Assembly (NCBI RefSeq): GCF_006345805.1
Contig: NW_021834017.1
Coordinates: 1 to 50,848, forward strand
Source of the DNA: Octopus sinensis
Taxonomy: Eukaryota
Direction of reading: 5' to 3'
Length of the DNA stretch: 50,848 nt
Shown here in pieces: positions 12,871-25,000 of this stretch (position 1 is the first letter of the stretch; every line of letters begins with the position of its first letter). The notes beneath the pieces were generated by a model that did no database searches, had not been told where the DNA came from, and saw only the letters and a program-made list of their open reading frames with translations. Made by a program: the position numbers and the translations under genes.

Positions 12871-13147
12871 ATTTTGTACCTGGGAACGTAAGTACAAAAT
12901 ATGCCTATTTATGACAAAACATTCGACAATAAAACTTTTTAAAAGTGTTGGTTAATGTTTATATGTTGACACGGAACTGGAAATCAAAGAGAAAAAAAAG
13001 AAAAAGAAAAAATATTCAAATGGATGTAAAACAATGTGTAGGCAACGAATAGGGAACAAAATGCGTGCTACGCAACGGGAGGGTGGGGAGAGGACTTGGG
13101 AAAATTCACAAGATCCGAGTTTTTCCATCAACTTTTAGGAAAATGGG

Positions 13148-15462
13148 GGGATCTTTTCCGTTTACCGGCAGTTTTTTAAAATAATTTCCAACTAACTAAA
13201 CACTTTTAAACTTCGTATACTGGTAGAATGTGTTTATAAACCATCTTTTTCTCTTGGCTTTATTGAGAAAATTCTATAGTTTGTAAGATATTTGGGATCT
13301 TTTCGGTTTGAACGGCAGTTTTTTAAAATAATTTCCTCGTAACTAAACACTTTTAAACTTCGTATACTGGTAGAATGTGTTTATAAAACATCTTTTTCTC
13401 TTGGCTTTATTGAGAAAATTCTATGATTTGTAAGATATTTGGGTCTTTTCTGTTTGACCGGCAGTTTTTTAAAATAATTTCCAACTAACTAAACACTTTT
13501 AAACTTCGTATACTGGTAGAATGTGTTTATAAAACATCTTTTTCTCTTGGCTTTATTGAGAAAATTCTATGATTTGTAAGATATTTGGGTCTTTTCTGTT
13601 TGACCGGCAGTTTTTTTAAAATAATTTCCAACTAACTAAACACTTTTAAACTTCGTATACTGGTAGAATGTGTTTATAAAACATCTTTTTCTCTTGGCTT
13701 TATTGAGAAAATTCTATAGTATGTAAGATATTTGGGATCTTTTCCGTTTGACCGGCAGTTTTTTAAAATAATTTCCAACTAACTAAACACTTTTAAACTT
13801 CGTATACTGGTAGAATGTGTTTATAAAACATCTTTTTCTCTTGGCTTTATTGAGAAAATTCTATAGTTTGTAAGATATTTGGGTCTTTTCGGTTTGAACG
13901 GCAGTTTTTTAAAATAATTTCCACGTAACTAAACACTTTTAAAGTTCGTATACTGGTAGAATGTGTTTATAAAACATCTTTTTCTCTTGGCTTTATTGAG
14001 AAAATTCTATAATTTGTAAGACATTTGTTGTTTTTCTTTCTTCAATTTCCGCAATTTCAACCAATCAATGGACGTCTATTGAGGTAAAAAACATTGTAAC
14101 ATATTTCGTAATAAATATTGTAACATATTTCGTCTAAAATTTCCTGCATTTCGGCAATTTAACCAATCAATTACCTCCATTGACGTAAACAACATTCTGT
14201 GCATAATGAATATGTCCCTCGTTTAAGAAACAGATTGGGTTTATTTACATTTATGAAGAAAAAAGATACCCTTCCTCCACCCCAAACCCTAACCCTAACT
14301 CTAAATCTAAATCTAAAATAGATTGAAATGCAATAGATCGATACTAGGGTTATAATTATGGGTGACAACTTCATACGACACTGCTATAAAAAACTTAGCA
14401 TTTCAATCTATTTTAGATTTAGGGTTAGGGGTGGGGGGAAGGGTACCTTTTTTTCTTCACAAATGTAACTAAACCCAATCTGTTTCATAAAGAAGGGACA
14501 TATTCATTATGTACAGAATGTTATTTACCTAAATGGACGCCAGTGATTGGTTAAAATTGCCGAAATGCAAGAAATTAAAGACGAAATATCTTACAACCTA
14601 TAGAATTTTCTCAATAAAGCCAAGAGAAAAAGATGTTTTATAAACACATTCTACCAGTATACGAAGTTTAAAAGTGTTTAGTTACGTGGAAATTATTTTA
14701 AAAAACTGCCGTTCAAACCGAAAAGATCCCAAATATCTTACAAACTATAGAATTTTCTCAATAAAGCCAAGAGAAAAAGATGTTTTATAAACACATTCTA
14801 CCAGTATACGAAGTTTAAAAGTGTTTAGTTACGTGGAAATTATTTTAAAAAACTGCCGTTCAAACCGAAAAGATCCCAAATATCTTACAAACTATAGAAT
14901 TTTCTCAAGAAAGCCAAGAGAAAAAGATGTTTTATAAACACATTCTACCAGTATACGAAGTTTAAAAGTGTTTAGTTACGTGGAAATTATTTTAAAAAAC
15001 TGCCGTTCAAACCGAAAAGATCCCAAATATCTTACAAACTATAGAATTTTCTCAAGAAAGCCAAGAGAAAAAGATGTTTTATAAACACATTCTACCAGTA
15101 TACGAAGTTTAAAAGTGTTTAGTTACGTGGAAATTATTTTAAAAAACTGCCGTTCAACCGAAAAGATCCCAAATATCTTACAAACTATAGAATTTTCTCA
15201 AGAAAGCCCAGAGAAAAAGATGTTTTATAAACACATTCTACCAGTATACGAAGTTTAAAAGTGTTTAGTTACGTGGAAATTATTTTAAAAAACTGCCGTT
15301 CAAACCGAAAAGATCCCAAATATCTTACAAACTATAGAATTTTCTCAATAAAGCCAAGAGAAAATGGTGTTTTATAAACACATTCTACCAGTACAGGAAG
15401 TTTAAAACTTTTTAGTTACCTAGAAATTATGTTACAAAGTGCCGTTCAAAAGGAAAAGATCC
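13148..15462. repeat. ~2.3-kb palindrome (foldback element): two inverted arrays of 146-148-bp monomers
   Basis: Six monomers on + (13148-14025), six on - (14590-15462); the unique inner arms are also inverted (ends GATTGAAATGC ~14331 / GCATTTCAATC ~14398); ~66-bp spacer. Confidence 0.93.
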
Positions 15463-15483
15463 GATTCCGTGTAATTTCCATAG

Positions 15484-15640
15484 TGTGTGTGTGCCTGTTC
15501 TGTTTTTATCTACAAAATCCACTCACAATGCTTTGGTCGACCCGTGGAAGACACTTGCCCAATGTGTCAAGCAGTGGGAATGAACCCGGAACCATGTGAT
15601 TGGTAAGCAAGCTACTTACCACACAGCCACTCATGCGCCT
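15484..15640 (-). mobile_element. SINE family B head
   Basis: Reverse complement of GAGTGGCTGTGTGGTAAGTAGCTTGCTTACCAA...GGGTTCATTCCCACTG. Confidence 0.8.
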
Positions 15641-16603
15641 TTGGTGAAAGTTTCGTTAAAAAGTATGAACTTCTTGGAAGTTTTGAGGCAACAAAGTCGG
15701 TGGGGTATTAAACTGTAGGTATGCCTCTTGTTCAATAAACCTTAACGGTAACTTCCGTTGATTTTCCAAAGAATTAACGAAGTGAACTTTTAGATTAACC
15801 GTGCCCACCTCTGTATATATGTATAGGCTTGTATGGGTCCGTATGTATAATAAGTATGTATACGAGTGTCGTACGAGAAGGTACGAGACCTAATGATGTT
15901 TATTTTTGAACATAGTACCCCCTCGCCCATACATCCCAACCGTCGAAGCTGCAGTGGTTAATTCTATTGGTGGCGAACTTTGCACTCTTTTTAGTCTTCG
16001 ACAGCAGATGCTACGTCGTCGTTACTGCAATACTTGTTCTCGGGTAAGTGTTTTTAAATTCCAATGTTGGGCAGGGCCGTCGAGGCCCTAAGCTCTTAAA
16101 AGATTTGGGTATCTCCGTAAAAGATTATGTAATTCGAAATATTAAACGAATCTTTTCGGTTTGAATCGGAACAACATTTTCTATGAATTCCTATGATCTC
16201 CTAATATGCTATAAAATCCTTTTTCGAGTCCCGAAATCGGGGTGGGGTGAGGTGGAAACCTCAGAAATTTCACCCGCACCCCTATTAAGCTTTTCACCTG
16301 CACGATTTTCACAGAGGGAAAAAAACTCCAGCAAAATAATAACAACAAGAACAACAATAATAATAATGGAATTATTGTATACCGTGCTCAGGTGCACCAC
16401 AACTTGTCAAAACCAAAAACCATTATACATCATCATCATCTTTTAACATCTACTTTCCATGCTGGCATGGGTTGGATGGTTTGATAAAGGACTGTGTGTG
16501 TGTGTGTGTGAGCCTGTACATCTGAGAGAAAAGAAAATATTTGTCAACAGAAAAGTTTACAAATTTTGCATCAAAATAAGGGCGATCCTTCGGCATTTCT
16601 CTA

Positions 16604-16716
16604 CCGGGTTCAGTTCCACTGCGTGGCATCTTGGGCAAGTGTCTTCTGCTATAGCCCCGGGCCGACCAATGCCTTGTGAGTGGATTTGGTAGACGGAAAC
16701 TGAAAGAAGCCTGTCG

Positions 16717-16759
<43 letters not shown>

Positions 16760-16960
16760 TTGTGTGCCTGTGTTTGTCCCCCTAGCATTGCTTGACAACC
16801 GATGTTGGTGTGTTTACGTCCCCGTCACTTAGCGGTTCGGCAAAAATGAGACCGATAGAATAAGTACTGGGCTTACAAAGAATAAGTCCCGGGGTCGATT
16901 TGCTCGACTAAAGGCGGTGCTCCAGCATGGCCGCAGTCAAATGAAACAAGGTAAAGAGAG
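16604..16960 (+). mobile_element. SINE family B with internal (TA)n(TG)n
   Basis: Head remnant, microsatellite ~16716-16760, tail GGCGGTGCTCCAGCATGGCCGCAGTCAAATGAAACAAG. Confidence 0.88.
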
Positions 16961-16994
16961 AGTGCCTGTATTCGGGTGTGTCTGTATTTTAAAA

Positions 16995-17380
16995 CTAGCT
17001 GTATCGCCCGGCGTTGCTCAGGTTTGTAAGGGAAATAACTATAAAGCATTTTTAGAGAGTTATAGCCAAAAAATAGCAAAAAAATGGAAAAAAATGATGG
17101 TAAATATTTTTTTGAGAGTCAAAAAAGGATGGAGCTGCGTCCCCTAGACAATTTGTGGTTCGTGTTTCTGATTCTCAACCCCATGTCGAATTTATCGATT
17201 TTTTTCAGAACTGGGGAAACTTTTCAAAATTTTCGCTGCGTTAGTTTTGAATTATGACATTGGGCTATGTGTGTGTCAAGTTTCATCAGAATCGGTTGAA
17301 AGCCGTGGTCGGGGTGAGGGTACAAGCAAACAGACACACAGAAACACGCACAGACAAACTGCCGTTTATATATAGAGAGA
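16995..17380 (-). mobile_element. Full-length non-autonomous Helitron
   Basis: On minus: A|TCTCTCTATATATAAACGGCAG ... CCTGAGCAACGCCGGGCGATACAG-CTAG|T; has the TC start, GC-rich subterminal motif, CTAG end and A|T site. Confidence 0.85.
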
Positions 17381-17584
17381 TACACACACCCATATTCTCT
17401 CTCTTTCACCTTCTCCCTCCCTCTATTCCCCATTATACACACACACACACACACTCTCTCTCTCTCTCCACTTCATTTACCAATAATGTAAATACAGAAA
17501 ACGCACACACCCATATTCCCTCTCTTTCACCTTCTCCATCCCTCTATCTCCCTATCACTCCCTCTGAATCCACAGCATCTAAGC

Positions 17585-17806
17585 CAGTGCTTTTCAGCCT
17601 TTTTGCTGGAGCGGAACCCCAAGGAAGCATTCCACTGGCTCGAGGAACCCCTGTGCAATAATTTAATTGTCTTATTATGCACACATATCTGCACAGGAGA
17701 ATTAAAAATTACTGTCGATTTTAGCAGTTTTGTAACAGCTTGCGGAACCCCTGGACTGTACTGACGGAAGCCTAAGGTTCCGCGGAACCCTGGTTGAAAA
17801 CCACAG
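17585..17806. mobile_element. hAT (Buster/Charlie-like) MITE
   Basis: CAGTGCTTTTCAGCC / GGTTGAAAACCACAG TIRs; 8-bp ATCTAAGC (central TA) on both sides, offset by 1 nt on the right. Confidence 0.7.
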
Positions 17807-18000
17807 CATCTAAGCAGTATTCGTTGCATCCATTTTTCTGGAAGTTACGACGCACCAAAGTCGAGGAGGTCACGCATCTGGAGTTACGCCAAATAAAATT
17901 ACGTATTTTATTTATATAGAAATAGCAAGTAATTCGTACTGGAAACTGAAACTTATGGGCAAAGGCAATGTTTCGTTTGTAGTAGCACGCTTGTAGCACG

Positions 18001-18610
18001 TTTCCGTCGATTTCCGTAAAAAACTATTATTTTTTTACATATGGGTTTGCGGGAATATTTGAAGTAATGAGAGCGAAAGAGACTAAGAGAAAGCGATTTT
18101 ATGACGAGGGAAGTTCTTTTGAAGTTACCATCCAGGGGAAGCATTGATGTACATGTGTGTGTGTGTGTGTGTTGTGTTTGATGGGGTGTGGGAGACAGAC
18201 AGTATGTTGTGTAAGTGAAGTGCTTCTGTTAGTGTGTGCGAAGAGACAGACATACATATACACATACACCGAGTAAAAAATTACGATGAATCGGCCATAC
18301 ATACACACACACACTTACACACACACACACATACATGCAGACTATACACATACACCGAGTAAAAAATCAGTTATCTCTCTCTTTCACACATTACTCTCTG
18401 TCTCTTCGCACACACTAACAGAAGCACTTCACTTACACAACATACTGTCTGTCTCCCACACCCCATCAAACACACACAGGCCGACTTCAAAGAGAAACCT
18501 TCTCGTCGTAAAATCGCTTCCTCTTAGTCTCTTTCGCTCTCATTACTTATGTAAAAAAATAAAGGTATTTTACGGAAATCGACGGAAATCGACGGAAATC
18601 GACGGAAATC
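18001..18610. mobile_element. Mirror-duplicated variant of the 8080/19627 MITE
   Basis: 18001-18280 and 18345-18610 are reverse complements that include the normally asymmetric core; (GACGGAAATC)x3 at the right end. Confidence 0.75.
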
Positions 18611-19328
18611 TGAGCTACGACATACGAAACTTCGCCTAAATTAATTTATCAATTAAGAAAAAAAGACGAAAGGCTAAAAGTAGGGTCAGGGTTAGTGTTA
18701 GTGAATGTTTTTAAAACAAAGTCAATAAAACTCAAAGTATGGATCGACTAGTCATGACTAGCTTTGCGGATGCATGACTACACAAGTGCGCGCGCCGTGA
18801 CGTCTATACTCAAGTAGTCCCGCCCCTTCGTCTGTGCCATAAGAGAAGTTTGTTTCAGTGAATGAGGTCGTTTACCAAAACTGAAGAATTACGTCTGGAA
18901 ATCTTTCGGCTTTGGCTGCAGAAGCGTCGAATTTGATCAGCGGATTGTTCGTAATTCCCGTAAAAAATTATTTTATTTTCTTTTATTTTGATGATGAGTG
19001 GAAGGCGATATTTGCTTCTGAGAGGAGAAAGTGAAAGATGTGTGTCCCTGTTTATGAAAGATAACGGATGTACGCGCAATCACGCCATATTCAGCTGTAT
19101 CTACTTGTAGTTAATCACACCCAAACACACATCTACACTCATTATCTTTCATATACATCAGACAGTTTTTGCTCCATACTAGCAAAAACTGTCTCATGAA
19201 CGGCAACGAGAAACTCAGAGTAACAGATTTTGTTGAATTTTCTGCTGCTTAAAATAAAGCATATTACTCTACCACTGGTATTTGAGTACTCTTTTTTCCA
19301 CCTTGTTTCACATTTATGTGTTTACTCC

Positions 19329-19330
<2 letters not shown>

Positions 19331-19410
<80 letters not shown>
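19331..19410. repeat. (TA)n microsatellite, ~80 bp
   Basis: Direct reading. Confidence 0.98.
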
Positions 19411-19414
<4 letters not shown>

Positions 19415-19506
19415 TTTAGGGTAGCAAAAAATTCTAGAAAAAAATTCTCCGCTACCAGCAGTCAAGTGAGAGAGAAAACATAGTCAATAGACTCTGTAAT
19501 ATACAT

Positions 19507-20158
19507 TCAAGCATATAAGGGATGGTCATAATAGGACATTCGACTCACTAGAAAGAGCAGTTAAACTCCAAACCACTAATAGTTGTAATTCTGAAATGGA
19601 AAGAGAAATAAAAGGGTAAACGTTTTGGCGATCTTTCGTCTCTAGTAGACCTTTCCGTCGATTTCCGTAAAAAAAATTTTTTTTTTACATATGGGCTTGC
19701 GGGAACTTTTGAAGTAATATACATACATATACACATACACCGAGTACAAAATTTCAGTTATCTCTTTCTTTCACACATTACTCTCTCTGTCTCTTCACAC
19801 ACACTAACAGAAGCACTTCACTTACACAACATACTGTCTGTCTCACACACCCCATCAAACACACACCCACATGTACATCAATGCTTCGGTAACTTCAAAA
19901 GAACTTCCCTCGTCATACAATCGCTTTCTCTTAGTCTCTTTCGCTCTCATTACTTCAAAAGTTCCCGCAAGTCCATATGTAAAAAAAAATTTTTTAAGGA
20001 AATCGACGGAAAGGTCTACTAGAGACGAAAGATCGCCAAAACGTTTACCCTTTTATCTCTCTTTCCATTTCAGAATTACAACTATTAGTGGTTTGGAGTT
20101 TAACTGCTCTTTCTAGTGAGTCGGATGTCCTATTATGGCCATGCCTTATATGTTTGCA
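19507..20158. mobile_element. MITE with long TIRs; the core 19627-20037 is the 8080-type element
   Basis: Outer arms 19507-19626 / 20038-20158 are reverse complements continuous with the GGCGATC TIRs. Confidence 0.85.
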
Positions 20159-20640
20159 ATTATATATATATATAAAACTTAGAACTTAGATATGTTTCGA
20201 CCAAGGATTGGTCCAGGCCATGTCTAACTTAATAGCACCACCTGATAGGATTATCTAAATCCTGTTTGAGTCAAGTTTTGTTCAAGTAGTGAGTTCTTGT
20301 TGGGTGAGTTGTATCCAATTATGGGTGGCTTATCTGGTATTCTTTGAAGGAATCTATCCAGACTCCGTTTAAAGTTGATGGGATCCTTTTCCTCTTTGAT
20401 CTCCCTCGGGACAATGTTAAATAGGGCAGGGCCTGTTGAGGAAAAGAAATTATGTTGCAGTGTGTATATATATATATATATATTAATTTATCTCCCTCAT
20501 TATTTATATATATATATCGACTACTTACTTGGACGATGAAACCGTCCAGCACGCTTTTGTACATTGTCGGCAGCTGTCAAGCTTCATAAGTTACGCAGAA
20601 TACGTGTTATCGCATCTGGGACGAGTACAGCTGTCGGCTG

Positions 20641-20848
20641 AGTCTATAATTAAGATGATACCTATTTAGTCTATAATTAAGATGATACCTATTTAGTCTA
20701 TAATTAAGATGATATCTATTTCTTTATTACCCACAAGGGGCTAAACATAGAGGGGACAAACAAGAACAGACATAGGTATTAAGTCGATTACATCGACTCC
20801 AGTGCGTAACTGGTACTTAATTTATCGACCCCGAAAGGATGATAGGCA
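20641..20848 (-). mobile_element. SINE family A, 5'-truncated, with 3 x 27-bp repeat at its 3' end
   Basis: AGTCTATAATTAAGATGATACCTATTT x3 (20641-20721) runs into CTATTTCTTTATTACCCACAAGGGG. Confidence 0.85.
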
Positions 20849-21167
20849 GGCACTAGTCGTGAAGACTGGACCCTGTACGCGCATCCGCGCTAGCTAGTCG
20901 CCAAAAAATTATTTACTTTGTTCGACATAAAAGGTCGGAAGTCTAAACACTTCAGCATCATAAATTTCCCAGAACTAAATAATACCACTTGACATTTGAA
21001 CTGTACCTACTTAATATAGAGTGTAGAATTCACGTACGCATGCTTTTATGTATGTATGCATGCACACACACACACATACACACATTGTGTACGCTCAACC
21101 TTAAGGCTAACTTTCCACTAAGATTTCCTTCCAAAAATTCTTGTGGCCAAATATTATGTTATCTATT

Positions 21168-21380
21168 CTCTTTTACTCTTTTACTTCTTTCGGTCATTTG
21201 ACTGAGGCCATGCTGGAGCACCGCCTTCAGTTGAGCAAATCGACCCCTGGACTTATTCTTCGTAAGCACAGTACTTATTCTATCGGTCTCTTTTGCTGAA
21301 CCACTAAGTTACAGGAACATAAACACACCAGCATCGGTTGTCAATCTATGTTGGGGGGACAAACACAGACACACAAACAT

Positions 21381-21416
<36 letters not shown>

Positions 21417-21737
21417 CGGGCTTCTTTCAGTTTCCGTCTACCAAATCCACTCACAAGGCTTTGGTCAACATGGGGCCACTTGCCCAAGGTGTCACACAGT
21501 GGGACTGAACCCGGAACCATGTGGTTGGTAAACAAGCTACTTACCACACAGCCACTCCTACACCTACATATATACGACAGGCTTCTTTCAGTTTCCGTCT
21601 ACCAAATCCACTCACAAGGCTTTGATCAGCCCGAGGCCATAGTAGAAGACACTTGCCCAAGGTGCCACGCAGTGGAATGAACCCAGAACCATGTGGCTGG
21701 TAAACAAGTTACTTACCACACAGCCACCCCTGCACCT
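21168..21737 (-). mobile_element. SINE family B with duplicated head
   Basis: Tail from 21168, head ending ~21565, second head ~21575-21737. Confidence 0.85.
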
Positions 21738-21966
21738 ATTCGTGTATGTAGTTTTAATTTAGAATGGATCGCTTGAAATAATTAAGAATAAGACTGTTAA
21801 TTAGCTTATTTTAATTAAGTAATGTAAACGTTTTATAAAATATATTTATGGTATTTCATTATCGTTATTTCAATCAGTCATCATCATTAATTTTAACAGC
21901 TTGAAATAATTAAGAATAAGATTGTTAATTAGGTTTATTTTGAAGCTTATTTCTTTAAGCGATTTA

Positions 21967-22115
21967 GGATGGCTGTGTGGTAAGAAGCTTGCATTCCAGC
22001 CACATTGGTTCGGTCACACTGCGTGGCTCTTAGATCAGGTGTTTGCTACTAAAACCATGGGGCACTCAAAGCCTTGTGAGTGGATTTGGTAGAAAGAAAA
22101 TGAAAGAAGCCTGTC
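21967..22115 (+). mobile_element. Degenerate SINE family B head
   Basis: GGATGGCTGTGTGGTAAGAAGCTTGC...GTGAGTGGATTTGGTAGA. Confidence 0.7.
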
Positions 22116-22165
22116 ACAAGTATATGTGTGTATATACATATATATATAGACATATACAAAATAAG

Positions 22166-22727
22166 AAAAATCAAAATCAAAAATCAAAATCGATCAACAT
22201 GAATGGAAATTGTAGATGTGATACCAGTGCCGGTGGCACATAAGAGAACCATCCGAACGTGGCTGTTGCCAGCGCCGTCCCGACTGGCCTCTGTGCTGGT
22301 GGCACGTAAAAAGCACCATACGATCGTGGCCGTTTGCCAGCCTCGCCTGGCCTCTGTGCCGGTGGCGCGTAAAAAGCACCATCCGATCGTGGCCGTTTGC
22401 CAGCCTCGCCTGGCCTCCGTGCCAGTGGCATGTAAAAAGCACCATCCGATCGTGGCCGTTTGCCAGCCGCACTTCGCCTCCGTGCCGGTGGCACGTAAAA
22501 AGCACCATCCGATCATGGCCGTTTGCCAGCCTCGCCTCGCTTCCGTGCCAGTGGCACGTAAAAAGCACCCACTACACTCACAGAGTGTTTGGCGTTAGGA
22601 AGGGCATCCAGCTGTAGAAACATTGCCAGATCAGACTGGGCCTGGTGCAGCCTTCTGGCTTCCAGACCCCAGTTGCACCGTCCAACCCATGCCAGCATGG
22701 AAAGCGGACGCTAAATGATGATGATGA
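22166..22727 (+). mobile_element. Non-autonomous retroposon: (AAAATC)n head, 63-bp internal repeats, (GAT)n tail
   Basis: AAAAAGCACC recurs at 22308, 22371, 22434, 22497 and 22560; tail GGAAGGGCATCC...GCATGGAAAGCGGACGCTAAATGATGATGA. Confidence 0.85.
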
Positions 22728-22730
22728 GGA

Positions 22731-23191
22731 GGAGGAATAGATTCCTTAGAATCATCATCTTACAGATAATACCAATTCATATAATTTATTAACTAATTAA
22801 ATAGGAACATCCAAATCCAACAGAGTAAAACAGAATAAAACAATATACATCAATGAGATTATACCATAAAAATAATACATATAAAATGGATCTTACAGCT
22901 GTTTCAGCCTGTAGATAAGGGTATCTCATTATGCCCATATTAGTCAGATGTATTGAGGTAATATGCAGTTAAAAATGAGTTACTTATATATATATATCTC
23001 AAGGCCTAGGCTGAAACAGCTTTAAGATCCATTTTATGTGTATTATTTTTATGGTATTATCTTACTTATAGATGTATATTGTTTTATTCTGTCTTATTCT
23101 GTTGGATTTGGATGTTCCTATTTAATTAGTTAATAAATTATATGAATTGGTATTATCTGGAAGTTGATGATTGAAAGAAATCTATTCCTCC
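22731..23191. mobile_element. AT-rich hairpin MITE, ~180-bp arms
   Basis: GGAGGAATAGATT...GTTTCAGCCT / AGGCTGAAAC...AATCTATTCCTCC. Confidence 0.85.
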
Positions 23192-23368
23192 ATTTTCTTA
23201 TTTTGTATTATGAATTTCAGGTAAAACATTTTACCTTCGCCCATATAATACAATAAATGAATTGCATTGCAATTCTTAGCATTTCTGGGTACTTTATTGG
23301 CAGTATATTGGATAAATGATATCCCATAGTGGGTTACACTCATAACCCCTATCTCACTCTGTACTATA

Positions 23369-23844
23369 TCTTTATATATAAAAGAGAGGTTGTGTGCTGT
23401 CTGTCTCCTATGATTTAGATTCCTAACTACTCCCACATTTTGCGGTGCAGTTTAACCAAAACCGGGTATCTTATAGTCGTGATTCATATCAAGCCCTTCT
23501 GGGTATTAGCACGCGTCTACGATTTAAAAAAAAATTTACCATCATTTTTTTCGCTATTATATAAGGGAAGTAACTCTCTAAAAATGTCTACGATGAGTCA
23601 ACGATTTAAAAAAAAAATTACCATCATTTTTTTTCCATTTTTAATGCATTTTTTTCGCTATTATATAAGGGAAGTAACTCTCTAAAAATGTCTACGATGA
23701 GTCAATGATTTAAAAAAAAATTTACCATCATTTTTTTTCCATTTTTAATGCATTTTTTGGCTATTTTATTGGCTATAACTCTCTAAAAATGCTTATATAG
23801 TTATTTCCCTTACAAACCCGAGCAACGCCAGGCGATACTGCTAG
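23369..23844 (+). mobile_element. Non-autonomous Helitron with internal tandem repeats
   Basis: A|TCTTTATATATAAAAGAG ... CCCGAGCAACGCCAGGCGATACTG-CTAG|T; internal repeats start GTCTACGAT. Confidence 0.85.
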
Positions 23845-24325
23845 TATATATATATATATATTTACACGATAGGCTCTTTTCAGTTTCTATGTGTGTGTGT
23901 GTGTTTATCTTTGGTCTCTGTTTAATCATCCTGTCCCCACTTGTCAGCAGGTGTTGATGTGATAAGGTCCCCCTAATTTAGTGTTTCGGCAAAAAGATAT
24001 CAATACAATTAGTTCTAGGCTTAAAAATAAGTCCTGGGGTCAATTTGTTTGACTAAATCGCTTTGAGATGACGCTCCAGCATGGCCACAGTAAAATTGCT
24101 GAAAGAAGTAAAGGCATATCTACACAAGTTGTGGTGCACCTGAGCACTGTATACAATAATTTCATTATATTTAAGTGCATCCCCCCCCACGTCCATACAC
24201 CTTTCTTTCCTCATATCGTCCAGAAAAATGAATATTCTTTTAAAGGAAATTTGCAACAAATATGCTTCAGATGTTGTAGATTACAATTATATTGAAATCT
24301 ATTCTAAAAAAAAAAAAAATTGATG

Positions 24326-24855
24326 GGCACAGGAGTGGCTGTGTGGTAAGTAGCTTGCTTACCAACCACATGGTTCCGGGTTCAGTCCCACTGCATGGCA
24401 TCTTGGGCAAGTGTCTTCTGCTATAGCCTCGGGCCGACCAATGCCTTGTGAGTGGATTTGGTAGACGGAAACTGAAAGAAGCCTGTCGTATATATGTGTG
24501 TGTTTGTGTGTCTGTGTTTGTCCCCCTAGCATTGCTTGACAACCGATGCTGGTGTGTTTACATCCCCGTAACTTAGCAGTTCGGCAAAAGAGACCGATAG
24601 AATAAGTACTGGGCTTACAAAGAATAAGTCCTGGGGTCGATTTGCTTGATTAAAGGCGGTGCTCCAGCATGGTCGCAGTCAAATGACTGAAACAAGTAAA
24701 AGAGTAAAAAGAGTAAACCTAGCGGTTCGGCATAAGAGACCGATAGAATAAGTACTGGGCTTACAAAGAATAAGTCCTGGGGTTGATTTGCTCGATTAAA
24801 GGCGGTGCTCCAGCATGGCCTCAGTCAAATGACTGAAACAAGCAAGAGAGAAAGA
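24326..24855 (+). mobile_element. SINE family B, full length, with duplicated tail
   Basis: GGAGTGGCTGTGTGGTAAGTAGC head; tail repeated at 24716-24855. Confidence 0.9.
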
Positions 24856-25000
24856 GATGGGTTTGCACACACACACACACACATACTGACAGATAACATT
24901 TTTCTATCAAAATTTCAAGTTTCAATTCACGATGTGTATGTAATTATGTATGTGTGTGAGCCCACAAATTTTGTTTACGTATTAAATTCTGATATAATCG

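Noticed and set aside
14280-14320. CCCTAACCCTAA as interstitial telomere
   Set aside because: Only two units, degenerating into CTAAAT; part of the foldback element's inner arm.
22177-22598. Overlapping 105-131-aa repetitive ORFs
   Set aside because: Produced by the 63-bp internal repeat of a retroposon.
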